Of a DNA stretch of 33,302 nt, positions 1 to 10,295 are shown one piece after another (position 1 is the stretch's first letter; every line of letters begins with the position of its first letter). The notes beneath the pieces were generated by a model. That model did not search any database and was not told where the DNA came from. It saw only the letters and a program-made list of their open reading frames with translations. This stretch comes from Folioceros fuciformis. Its lineage: Eukaryota. The translations under genes were made by a program, and so were the position numbers. Location of the stretch: contig JBNGIO010006415.1 in the NCBI GenBank assembly GCA_049999805.1, positions 128,529-161,830 on the forward strand. Direction: 5' to 3'.

Positions 1-1
1 T

Positions 2-742
2 GCTTGTCCTCCTACACGAACACGTTCTCCTTCTCCTGCTAGTGCTCAAGGATATGAACCTGCTTGTCCTCTTGCACATGCTCAAGAATATCGTTTTGGT
101 CATCCTTCTACATATGCTCAAAAATTTCGATATGGTTGTCCTCCTGCTTACGCTCAAGGACGTATTCCTCCTTCAAAAGCTCAAGGATGCGTTTCTCAAC
201 CTCAACTAGCCAAGTCTTGTATCATACCAGCATTGTATGATGCTAAATGCGTTTCGATTCACCCTAGTGAACATGGTAATCTGCCAATGAATAAGGTAGC
301 ACCTGATCTACTCCATCCCAGTGAACAAGGTAATCAAGCAATGAGTAAGACAACACCTAATCTCATTCATCTCCATGACCAAGGTAATCAAACCATGAGT
401 AAGACAACAAGGCCTAATCTGAGAGATGCAAATGAATTGGCTAAACTACTTCCAACTGTTGCATTCTATAATTCAAAACTTGGAGAGGCTGTACCCATGA
501 TTTTTGATAAGATTCGTGCCTCATTCAACTCTGAAGCTCTTGGGCATGATAGCGTGGAGAAACAAAAAGAACTTGCATATGACCTTGAAATAAGATTAAA
601 ACAAATGCTTGCTTTAAACCAGCTATCTCAGCCAAGTCCTTTGGATGTTAGTAATGTTGATAAAGAAACAAGGCTTGTTAACTCACTTCTATGTTGGATA
701 GATGAATCAAAAATGATTATCAATAGAAATATATCATTATAA
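2..742 (+). CDS. 3' part of an unknown repeat-containing ORF, truncated by the window start
   Basis: The frame of ORF 233..742 is stop-free back to position 2 (ACPPTRTRSPSPASAQGYEPACPLAHAQEY...). It has ~12-aa CPP..AQG repeats, then three 18-aa repeats, and is followed by a very AT-rich tract (~740-990). No recognisable domain. Confidence 0.4.
   Translation, partial: ACPPTRTRSPSPASAQGYEPACPLAHAQEYRFGHPSTYAQKFRYGCPPAYAQGRIPPSKAQGCVSQPQLAKSCIIPALYDAKCVSIHPSEHGNLPMNKVAPDLLHPSEQGNQAMSKTTPNLIHLHDQGNQTMSKTTRPNLRDANELAKLLPTVAFYNSKLGEAVPMIFDKIRASFNSEALGHDSVEKQKELAYDLEIRLKQMLALNQLSQPSPLDVSNVDKETRLVNSLLCWIDESKMIINRNISL
258..420 (+). repeat. 3 x ~54-bp in-frame tandem repeat (HPSEHGNLPMNKVAPDLL / HPSEQGNQAMSKTTPNLI / HLHDQGNQTMSKTTRPNL)
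   Basis: The repeated motif ggtaatc..atga.taag..a.cacct.atct is visible directly. Confidence 0.8.
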
Positions 743-1678
743 TCTAGCTCACAGTAAAAAATAGATAAAAAATATTAATACTTATAGTGATAATTTTTTA
801 ATTAGCATATAAGTAGATATGATGATGATATCTTTATTTTGGAACACTTTGACATACTATTTGATGTATATTAATTGTACATATCTATTTAAGATAGAGT
901 GTACTGAGGTCTTGAGGTAATAATATTATTTTAATTAATATTGGATTTATTTTTCTTATAATTTTTTTATTTAATAATTAAAAATTGTAAGTGCATCCTT
1001 ATGGCCTGAATTGATCGATGTTGGTTCTGCACCTTTTTATATGGGTGGGCTTACTCGATTGGTCGCCTCCTCTACCTTCGCATTGCGAGTTTTCAACAGC
1101 ATCCCCGAGCACTCACGGAAGATGTAAATCTTGACAAGCCCGCGGAGAATCGAAGTAGTCTGCATCGATCAGCCTGCCTGCGCTTGAAAAAAATCTTGTG
1201 CTTCATCTTCGGAAACTAGATCGGCATTGGTCACGCTCGCCTGTAGAGTATAATGGGGAGAGTATCGTGTGATCACGTTCACCATACTTGCTTGTACCGA
1301 GCTTGAGGGTCGTCATTGCTGAGGAAGATCCGGTGAGGCTGGTCACCAACGGAAGCGCTTGTCTGTGACTGGGCAGCGAGACATAATTGTCGGAAAATTA
1401 GGGGGTGGCACTGGTGGTGTGGGGATCTTTCCCACCTTAATCGCCCTCGAACTCGGACTCAAGAGTCTGGGGAAGCTCCGCCAGAACCTTGCTGAGTGTG
1501 GGCCTGACGAAGATGGGCGTTGCCTTGCGCTTGAAGTCGCTTCGCAGAGCTGGATCTTCCTCTGATACCGGGGTGCTGTTGTTCCTGGCAGCCGGCTCCT
1601 GCTCTGCGTGATGGAGCTGGGCTTGAGGTTCTGGATCGAGCCCATGCGTCCAGCTGAGGGTGATGGCTGGCTGGAGCC

Positions 1679-4600
1679 ATGGAGCTCTCTTGCGGAGAGG
1701 TCGAGAGGGCCGCTTGTGGCAGCGGCTCGTTCGCAATTGGATCCAAACTGGTGGGGTTTTGCGTTCCTCCAGCAGAAAGGACGTGCCTGACTTCGAATTG
1801 TGCGCAACTCGCCAGCAGCGGACTCTGCAGGCTCGGCAGCCTTGTACGAGTTGCGCGTCCGCAGATGGGAGGCTGTGGCCTTGCATCCAGAAGGATGTTT
1901 TCGGACACTTCGGAACTTCGCAGGCGTGCTGGTAAGGTTGCAATTCTTGAAAATGTGAGGGAGTTATGTCACCAGGGGTCGCTGAGCGAAGCTGTTGAGG
2001 CTCTGGGAATTCTGGTGCAGATGGACATGCAGGCTTCGAGCTCGCTCTTTTATACTGTGCTCAAGAAATGTGTGGCCAGGAAGCATCTGGTTCTGAGTCG
2101 TCGTGTTCATGCTCTCGCCGTGGAGAGCGGGTGCGTGTCAGACACGTTCCTGTGCAACCATATTTTACGAATGTATGCTTCTCATGGCAGTTTGCAAGAA
2201 GCGATGGATGTGTTCACCATGGTTTCCAAACCAGATGCGTTCACCTGGTCTTCCATTATGAGTGCACAAGTCAAATACGGACAAGCTAAGGAAGCCATAA
2301 ACTTGTATCACCAGATGCGCTGGTCAAGTGTGAAACCAGATAGCCATGTGTTTGTAGCAGTTCTAAAGGCTTGTGCAAGGGGAGCAGACTTGAAGGCTGG
2401 GCAGCAGGTGCATATGGATGTGGTGGCCAGTGGTGGCGAGCCTAATCTGTTTGTTTCTAGTTGCTTGGTGGACATGTATGCAAAGTGTGGCAGTATGGGA
2501 GACGCTCGGAGAATATTTGACGGAATTCGTGAGAAAGATGTGGTCACGTGGACTGCATTGATCACAGGGTATTCCCAGCAGGGCAAGGGTCAGGAAGCCC
2601 TTCGTCTTTACAGTGCTATGCAGGAAGGAGGCATTAGTGCACCTGATTCTGTGATATTTATCAGCCTTCTCCAGGCCTGTGCAAGTGTGGGTGCCCCAGC
2701 TTTGGGAATAGGGAAGGACCTGCACGTTCAAATTAAAAAACGAGGGTTTCAGGCCGATGGGGTTTTAGGTTGCAGCTTGGTCAACATGTATGCCAAGTGC
2801 GGAAGCATAGAGGATGCTCAGGGTGTGTTTGATGGACTCTGTCAAAAAGATGTGGTGACATGGAATGCCATGATAGCAGGATATTCCCAGCAGGGCATGG
2901 GTGAGCAAGCATTCCATCTGCACCGTGTTATGCGAAAAGAAGGTATCGCTTCAGCTGATATTGTGACATTTGTTTGCCTCATGCAGGCATGTGCAAGTAT
3001 AGGCATCTCAGCTGTGAACAAGGGAAAGCAGCTACACGCTGAAATCGAAGAACAGGGGCTTGGAGCTAATGCATATGTGGCGAACAGTTTGGTAAACATG
3101 TATGTAAAGTGTAGCAGCCTGGAGGATGCTGAAAGCCTTTTCAACAAGCTTGGTGCCAAATCTGTGGTGACCTGGAATGCGATGATAGCAGGATATGCAC
3201 AGTGTGGCATGGGTCAGAAAGCTCTTCATCTCTATAGCCTTATGCAAGAGGAAGGCGCCATTGCACCAGATTCCGTGACTTTTGTATGCCTCCTCCAGGC
3301 TTGCACATGCGAGGGTACTGCAGGTTTGGAGAAGGGAAAGCAGCTCCACGTTCATATTGAGCAACAAGGTCTCCAAGCTGATTTGTTTGTTGCGGATAGT
3401 TTGGTAAACATGTATGCCAAGTGTGGCAGCTTAGAGGATGCTGAAATTGTGTTTGAGGGTCTCCATCACAAGACTGTGGTGACATGGAATGCCATGATAG
3501 CAGGATATTCCCAGCAAGGTAGGGGTGAGGAAGCCCTCCGTCTCTACAGTGATATGCAACAAGAGGGCATGGCCCCACCAGATGCTGTGACATTTGCTTG
3601 CCTCCTGCAAGCATGTGCAAGTGTGGGCACCGCAGCTTTGGAGAAGGGCAAGCACCTTCATTCACAGATTCAAGAAAAGGGACTTCAAGGTGATGTATAT
3701 GTCGCTAACAGTTTGGTGAACATGTACGGGAAGTGCGGCAGCCTCCATGATGCTCAGAATGTGTTTGACGGACTCAGCCAGAAAACTGTGGTGTCATGGA
3801 ATGCAATGATAACGGGATACTCCCAGCAGGGTTTTGGAGTGGAAGCCCTGGAATTGTACAGAGCTATGAGAAAAAGTGGCAAGTATGTACCCAGCGTGGT
3901 GACATATGTGGCAATCCTGCAGGCATGTTCAAGTATGGGTACGCCAGCATTGGAGAAGGGAAGGCATGTCCACATGCAGATTGTAGAACAAGGGCTCCAG
4001 GCGGATGTGTTTGTAGCTAACAGTTTGGTAAGCATGTATGCAAGGTGTGGGAGCATAGGGGATGCCCAGACTGTGTTTGATGAACTTGCCCAAAAAGACG
4101 TGGTCACATGGAATGCAATGATAGCAGGATATTCCCAGCAGGGGAAGGGGTTGGAAGCTTTTCATGTCTACACAAGCATGCAAGAGGAAGGCATGGTGCC
4201 ACCCAATTCTGTTACATTTGCATCTCTTCTGCAAGCATGCGCAACTGTGGGTGCCCAAGCTTTGGAGAAAGGGAAGGAGCTGCATGTAGAGATTGAGGAG
4301 CATGGACTTCAGGCTAACGTCTTTGTAGCCAACACTTTGGTGAACATGTATGCAAAGTGTGGCAGCCTGCCAGATGCCCAGAGCGTGTTTGATGCACTTG
4401 ATAAAAAAAATGTGGTAACATGGAATGCCATGATAGCAGGATACTCCCAGCAAGGTGAAGGTCACAAAGCCCTTCATCTGTATGCTGCTATGCAAGCAGA
4501 AGGTTCTGCTGCACCTGATTCCGTGACATTTTCATGCCTACTGCAGGTATATGCAGATATGGCTGCTTGGCATGAAGGAAAGCAGCTTCATTCTGAGATT

Positions 4601-5338
4601 GTGAAGCAAGGGCTTCAAACTGATGTCTCTGTAGCTGTGAGCTTGATAAACATGTATGCCAAGTCTGGAAGCATGGTTGATGCGCAGCACGTGTTCGATG
4701 CACTACCTGAAAGAGACATCGTTGTCTGGAATGCACTGATCGCAGGATACACCCGTCAAGGAGATAGTAAACTGGTCTTCACCTCCGTTCAGCAAATGGA
4801 GGAGGAGGGAATACATCCAGATGGCTTCACGTTCCTGAGTCTATTAACCGTGTGCAGTCATGTGGGTCTAGTAAGGAAGGGGCTAGGGTACTTCGAGGCT
4901 ATGAACAGACGGTTTAGCATAACTCCCACTGCTGAGCACTACACCTGCATGGTGGATCTCCTAGGACGTGCTGGCCACCTTGAAGCGGCTCTAGTGGTGG
5001 TAAGGCAAATGCCTTTTGTGCCTCCTCCTTCAGCTTGGCATAGTTTACTGGCATCTTGTCAGAAGTGGAGCGACGTGGAGGTGGGAATTGCCGCTTTTCT
5101 TGAAGCGGTGAAGCTGGACAAAAAAGATGCCGCAGCTTACCTGTTGATGGCGAATATATATACTGGTGTACATATGTGGAAGGAGGCACAGGAGGTGCAG
5201 GCTAAGCGACTAGGAGTTGGGGCGTGGAAGCCACCAGGCCAGAGCTGGTGGACAGACATGGATGGCCTGGTGCATAGTTTTGTGGTGGGGGATGTCAAGC
5301 ATGCCAAGCCCATGCTTTCAGTCGTGTCTATGCTTTAA
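1679..5338 (+). CDS. PLS-class PPR protein 1 (E1-E2 plus WW-type PG box, no DYW); putative organellar RNA-editing factor
   Basis: Intronless 1219-aa ORF. L-S-P-L-S, then 7 P-L-S triplets with a 312-nt period (P motifs at ~2541, 2853, 3165, 3477, 3789, 4101, 4413), P2-L2-S2 (HYTCMVDLLGRAG), E1, E2 and WKPPGQSWWTDMDGLVHSFVVGD. The true start codon is uncertain. Confidence 0.93.
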   Translation: MELSCGEVERAACGSGSFAIGSKLVGFCVPPAERTCLTSNCAQLASSGLCRLGSLVRVARPQMGGCGLASRRMFSDTSELRRRAGKVAILENVRELCHQGSLSEAVEALGILVQMDMQASSSLFYTVLKKCVARKHLVLSRRVHALAVESGCVSDTFLCNHILRMYASHGSLQEAMDVFTMVSKPDAFTWSSIMSAQVKYGQAKEAINLYHQMRWSSVKPDSHVFVAVLKACARGADLKAGQQVHMDVVASGGEPNLFVSSCLVDMYAKCGSMGDARRIFDGIREKDVVTWTALITGYSQQGKGQEALRLYSAMQEGGISAPDSVIFISLLQACASVGAPALGIGKDLHVQIKKRGFQADGVLGCSLVNMYAKCGSIEDAQGVFDGLCQKDVVTWNAMIAGYSQQGMGEQAFHLHRVMRKEGIASADIVTFVCLMQACASIGISAVNKGKQLHAEIEEQGLGANAYVANSLVNMYVKCSSLEDAESLFNKLGAKSVVTWNAMIAGYAQCGMGQKALHLYSLMQEEGAIAPDSVTFVCLLQACTCEGTAGLEKGKQLHVHIEQQGLQADLFVADSLVNMYAKCGSLEDAEIVFEGLHHKTVVTWNAMIAGYSQQGRGEEALRLYSDMQQEGMAPPDAVTFACLLQACASVGTAALEKGKHLHSQIQEKGLQGDVYVANSLVNMYGKCGSLHDAQNVFDGLSQKTVVSWNAMITGYSQQGFGVEALELYRAMRKSGKYVPSVVTYVAILQACSSMGTPALEKGRHVHMQIVEQGLQADVFVANSLVSMYARCGSIGDAQTVFDELAQKDVVTWNAMIAGYSQQGKGLEAFHVYTSMQEEGMVPPNSVTFASLLQACATVGAQALEKGKELHVEIEEHGLQANVFVANTLVNMYAKCGSLPDAQSVFDALDKKNVVTWNAMIAGYSQQGEGHKALHLYAAMQAEGSAAPDSVTFSCLLQVYADMAAWHEGKQLHSEIVKQGLQTDVSVAVSLINMYAKSGSMVDAQHVFDALPERDIVVWNALIAGYTRQGDSKLVFTSVQQMEEEGIHPDGFTFLSLLTVCSHVGLVRKGLGYFEAMNRRFSITPTAEHYTCMVDLLGRAGHLEAALVVVRQMPFVPPPSAWHSLLASCQKWSDVEVGIAAFLEAVKLDKKDAAAYLLMANIYTGVHMWKEAQEVQAKRLGVGAWKPPGQSWWTDMDGLVHSFVVGDVKHAKPMLSVVSML

Positions 5339-5461
5339 TGTACCAAGTAAGCTGGTAAACTCAGGCCGTGCCATCCGGAACATCCAACGGGGATGTGGAT
5401 CCAAACAGCTCCACCTTGGCTGAACCTGGTCCAGAGGGATATGTGGAGTAAAATCACTGTT

Positions 5462-5477
5462 CCCTAAACCCTAAACC
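5462..5477 (+). repeat. Short interstitial telomere-type motif (CCCTAAA)x2
   Basis: ccctaaaccctaaacc. Confidence 0.6.
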
Positions 5478-5621
5478 AAGAGCCGTGTTACTATCAACTG
5501 CCCCAAATTTTACCAGAAAGAAAGTCCATCTCGGTAGGAATGAACCGAAGGCAATCCACAATTCCCCACTTCCGGAAGCAAGTGCCCGTGGACGTGGTTG
5601 ATATTTGCAAAAGGAATGTTC

Positions 5622-5865
5622 CGGGAATTCAACAATGGGGACAACACATGGTGTATGGCACACTTCAAAACTACCTTCAAGTGGAACAAGCTCTAACGAA
5701 TTCAACAATGGGAACAACACATTCTGTATGACGCACTTCAAAACTACCCTAACAAGCTCCGGGAATCAACAATGGGGACAACATATGTGTATGACACCTC
5801 AAAACTATCCTCAAGTACAACAACCTCTGGAAAAACTACCCTCAAATACCACAAGCTCTGAGAAT
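5622..5865 (+). repeat. Degenerate tandem repeat, ~65-78 bp unit, 3 copies plus a partial copy
   Basis: Recurrent (t)tcaacaatggg.acaaca.at..gtatg.c.c..tcaaaacta.c.t...acaagctc at ~5627, ~5701 and ~5766. Confidence 0.85.
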
Positions 5866-5866
5866 T

Positions 5867-6091
5867 TGTTATAGAATGGATAATCTGTAAGTAACCCTGC
5901 CAACCAGTTAGTTATGGTAGACCATAATTAATAATGTCTAGTAATTACAAACGGGTGTGCCTCTTGGGAAGAGACACCTAGTGACTTTATTTAAAACACA
6001 CTTTGTATGAAATGACTTTGTGAGCACGATGCCTTGATCATGCTAGATTAGAACCAATCCTACTTCTAGGATGTTTCACATGGTATTAGAG
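5867..6091 (+). mobile_element. Possible short LTR ending ...TTTCACA, followed by a tRNA-iMet primer-binding site (TGGTATTAGAG)
   Basis: 'tttcaca tggtattagag' at 6074-6091 matches the CA|TGGTATCAGAG junction with one mismatch. The LTR start (TGTT at 5867) is a guess. Confidence 0.45.
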
Positions 6092-6499
6092 TCACTATGA
6101 TCTAGGCAAGAGTTTAGCTATGTTTTGATTTTTTTCCTAATGTCCAAGGGTTGTTGTTATTTGTGAAGGGTGATATCTACAATTGGCCACAATGCCCGGT
6201 GGCCATCACTCTAGATGGCCCTCGGGCTTCGTGGCCAATATAGCTTTACTCCCTTCATAAGCAACCTTAGACTGGAAAATCGAGAACATGTTGCATTGCG
6301 AAATTGGAACTAGCTAAGAGAAAGAAAAGCAGACTTGCACGCAACAGACTATGCTACAGCTACAAAACCAGATCGTAAGACGAGGATGTCGGTGGTGATG
6401 CTAGTCCTGCCCGAGCCACGTTGAGCTGCTGCTACCTTTCGGGTGTCGATTTCGATTCTCCCTGGCGCCATTTTACACCAGCATTTGGACCGAACAGCA

Positions 6500-6690
6500 T
6501 AAGCACCGAACCGTCCTTGAGGGGAAATTTGCAAGTGCCTTGTCCCATGATTGGCAAGCTAGATCTACTAGGTTCGTCACCAAGTAACACCCTTTCCCTA
6601 AAAGGATGAGTATCCAACTTAGTGAGTTCAGCACCGGGGGGACTTATGCTTACAAGTGAAGCGTATTTGGGCTGATCAGAGCACCAGGGT
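6500..6690 (-). mobile_element. Ty1/copia protease (beta-barrel) fragment
   Basis: The minus-strand peptide ERVLLGDEPSRSSLPIMGQGTCKFPLKDG resembles the copia V.LGD..L.I.G.GT segment. Confidence 0.4.
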
Positions 6691-7814
6691 CCTTCATGCG
6701 TGCAATTGTCAAGATTTTCAAGGATTTCCTTAGGGAATTCATGGAGGTCTTTCTCGATGATTTCTGTGTGTTTGGAGTAGTGGAGGATCATTTGGGCCAC
6801 CGTTGCGAGTGTCTAGAGTGGTGTAGGCAGACCAAATTGCGCCTACATCCGAAGAAGTGCTATTTTGGTATGGCTGAAGGTATCTTGTTGGGCCATCTCA
6901 TCTCGGCAAGAGGAATAGAGGTGGATCCTGATAAAGTCAAGATGACAGTTGCTCTCAAACCACCCACAAACGCCGAAGGAACTTAGAGGATTCTTGGGGA
7001 TGGTTGGCTACTACTAAAGGTTTGTGAAGAACTTCACCAAGAGGGCAGCTCCACTCACAAGCTTACTTCATAAGGATCAGGAGTGGGAACGGACGTAAGA
7101 ACGGGAGGATGCCTTCCATGACTTGCGAACCACCCTCATCACAGCACCAACCTTAAAGGAACCTGATTGGTCAAAGAAGTTCCACATGTATGTAGACGTT
7201 TCAGCATTCGCAATTGGGACTGTTCTCAGCCAGTGAGACGAGAAGAAGCGGGATCATCCTATCTACTACGCTGGACAAAAACTCATCGATGCGGAGCGGA
7301 AGTACCCAACTACCGAGAGAAAGGCACTTGGAATGGTTTATTTAGTTCACAAGTTCAGCCACTATCTGCTCTCATATGGATTCGTCTTCCATGTTGACCA
7401 CTTTGCTCTCAAACATTTGGTGAACAAGGTGGATTTGTCTGGACGCATAGCTCGGTGGATTCTACTATTGTAGGAATTCACCTATATAGTTGAGACTCGA
7501 GAAGGCAGCAAACATGTGAACGCTGAATACATCTCATGACTGAAGACGGAAGAGGTGACTTGTGATCAGGAGGATGATTTTCCCAATGAAGCTCTGTTCA
7601 CGGCGGAGCCAAAGGAGGAAGCGGCAACACCAAATGTAAAGAGAACAAGGAATGGCAATGCGGTAGGAAATGAGAAGGGGAGACCTGCATACACCAGGCC
7701 TACTTACAGCGAAGTATCCGAGTTCCTAGAGTCAGGGAGCATCCCCTCAGATCTTGCAAAGCAACAGCAACAGGCCTTCATGCACTATGCATGCCTGTTT
7801 ATTTGTCGCGGAGA

Positions 7815-7914
7815 NNNNNNNNNNNNNNNNNNNNNNNNNNNNNNNNNNNNNNNNNNNNNNNNNNNNNNNNNNNNNNNNNNNNNNNNNNNNNNNNNNNNNN
7901 NNNNNNNNNNNNNN
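7815..7914. other. Assembly gap (100 N)
   Basis: Run of N. Confidence 1.
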
Positions 7915-8256
7915 TCCGGGGGAGGGGGGGGGCCGGACAGAATAGAAAGGATGTGGGTAATGGAGGCGCAGATCCTACAAGTGCTAATTGAATTACACAA
8001 AGGAGAAGCGGGAGGACATTTCGTTGCACACATCACGTGCAAGAAAATTCTCGAAATAGGGTACTAGTGGCCGAGCATGCATCAGGATGCAAGAGAGTTT
8101 GTGAAGCGTTGTGATGCTTGCCAGTGGGTTGGCAAGCCGTCAGCCACAACTCAATGGCCCTTGGTTCCTATCTTGGCCTTGGCCCCATTTAAGAAGTGGG
8201 GCATTGATTTCGTTGGACTTATCCAGCCCCTGACAAGAATCCAACAAAATCAGAAC

Positions 8257-8367
8257 ATCCTTATGGCCACTGACTACTGCACACGTATGGTGGAGGCACA
8301 AGCTCTGCATCAGATCATCCTTATGGCCACTGACTACTGCACACGTATGGTGGAGGCACAAGCTCTG
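8257..8367 (+). repeat. 60-bp-period tandem duplication within the gypsy integrase (ILMATDYCTRMVEAQAL x2)
   Basis: atccttatggccactgactactgcacacgtatggtggaggcacaagctctg at 8257 and 8317. Confidence 0.95.
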
Positions 8368-8769
8368 TATGTTGACACAACTCATGTGGTGGCCCGATTC
8401 CTCTATGAGCAAGTGATTGCTCCTTATGGATGCCCCCTGGAGCTAGTCAACAACCGAGGTTTGCACTTCATGAATGACGTCATTTCTCACATGACGGTCT
8501 ACTTCAACGTTCACCACACGAAGACAACTCCCTATAATCCGAAGGCCAAGGGTGCACATCCATGTTTTAAGTTTCATGATGTCAATCCAATTGTCTTCTA
8601 TGTCACGACATTGCCACCCTCTCATACATCACACTATCAGGATGCAAGTTCGCAATACATTGGTCCAATTGCTCAGTCCTCTATTTCACTTTTGTGATCA
8701 AATCATACAACAATACATGCTAATTGTTTGTAGATCATAAGTTTCTTAGCGAACTATCCATTCTTTCTA

Positions 8770-8823
8770 GACCCCTATATCCTTGCAACATTCTGTTTGG
8801 ACCCCTATATCCTTGCAACATTC
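8770..8823 (+). repeat. 30-bp-period tandem duplication
   Basis: gacccctatatccttgcaacattc at 8770 and 8800. Confidence 0.9.
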
Positions 8824-10295
8824 CATTTGCTAACTGCCTAACCGAACACCCTCAACCGGTATAAACTATTCGCAAAGTTAACTACCAAAATAATTGTGGT
8901 TACCCACTACCCTCTCACGATAGCTTTTCATATGTTGATAGTCTCTCTAATCAAAACACTTTGTCCTTATCCTCTCAACGTGCCTGTTTTCTTGGGTTTG
9001 ATAACCTGCTCGATATCGTCCTGCACAACACACACGCACTGCTCTACGAGACTTTTTAAGTCATGACAAAGAACATATAGAGAATTCCAAGGTGCAAGAA
9101 CACATGGGGTAGGTGCAAACTTTTATAATGGAGTTGGAGAAAGTGCATCTGGCATCTGGGAGCCTCCTGCCATTACTTCAGGAGCAGATGTCCGCACCCA
9201 ATACTGGGACGCTTGTGCCCGTCTTTCAAGCATGTGCAGGTGTGGGCCTCCGCTTTTGAGTACTCACTTGATCACTCCCTGGTTTGGGTGCCCTCACTCA
9301 AATCGTCTTCATTCTTTTCTGGAGTACGAGTTTGGATCTCATGTTTAATGGTAAAGTCTCCGGATTCACACACTTCAGAAATTGGAGGATGCGGACCGTT
9401 TAAGGGATTGGTGGATGCATAACTGTTCTTGGAGCTTAGAGGACTTGGAGGACGGGCAACATTTTCATGGCAGTAGGTTGCAGGCTGGATGACAAGGGTG
9501 TGTTCTGCTGCGAAGGATAGAACGTTGGATGCCGCCAGACCTTGGCCACGAACTAGACCCAGTTCTCTTTTTTTTCGGGTTTCGTGGGATCGTGAATAAA
9601 GGCCATGGTTAGCGATGTAGCTCGCCTTGAACTTGCGCAGCATTTTGCCCCGTAACAGGCTACGCATGTAGGCTCGCGTTGGTTAGAATTTGAGCCGGCA
9701 GTGAGTGCTACCTCTTCTTTACTATAAGTAGTACGAGTGATTAGAGCAGGTTCAGGCTCTCGCGGCCAGGCTTGCAAGTCCACATATCTGTTTGCCTTTT
9801 TTTTTCGAATCCGCCGGAACATTGTGCGAGATCAGGTACGAGGTGACCGTAAGGACCATAAGCCTATGTCTACTGACTCTCTGGCCCACAACCAGATGCT
9901 TGGTAGCTGGCACACTTTTGGCACAGCGCGTAGGGCCGATTACGATTCCGCAAAGTCAGTGTGCGCCATAGTTGGTAGGCAATGATCTGATGCCTGATCC
10001 GAACTGGCCAAGTCCAAATGCATGTTATGCTTTTCAATGGTTGGAAATATTGTCATATCAAGAGCTCGGTCGGGCCCCTTTCACTCCGGCTTTTGCGCCT
10101 CTCTGCAAGCACGACAATCTTTGGCCCAGCCAACAAGATGAGGAAGGGTTGCAGGAACAACGCAAGTAACCGAGTAGCTCTGGCAAGAGGCGGATGGGAT
10201 TAGGGTAGAAGGTATTCAGTCTCCGACAGTACGTATGGGTATGGATCGGAGAGTCCAACATCCTGCGGAATGGAGCTCGAGCTTGGCTCGACTGG

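Larger units (their letters stand above)
6690..8553 (+). mobile_element. Decayed Ty3/gypsy pol (RT - RNase H - integrase) with stops and frameshifts
   Basis: RT VFLDDFCVFG...LHPKKCYF...LLGH; RNase H FHMYVDVSAFAIGTVLSQ...YPTTERKALG; integrase LHKGEAGGHF...CDACQ...WGIDFVG...TTPYNPKAKG. The RT-RH-INT order indicates gypsy. Confidence 0.92.

Noticed and set aside
7815-7914. Apparent insertion in the gypsy pol
   Set aside because: This is a placeholder N gap next to a G-run. The flanking peptide suggests the true gap is short.
9100-10290. Short ORFs upstream of PPR2
   Set aside because: No recognisable domain or consistent exon structure.
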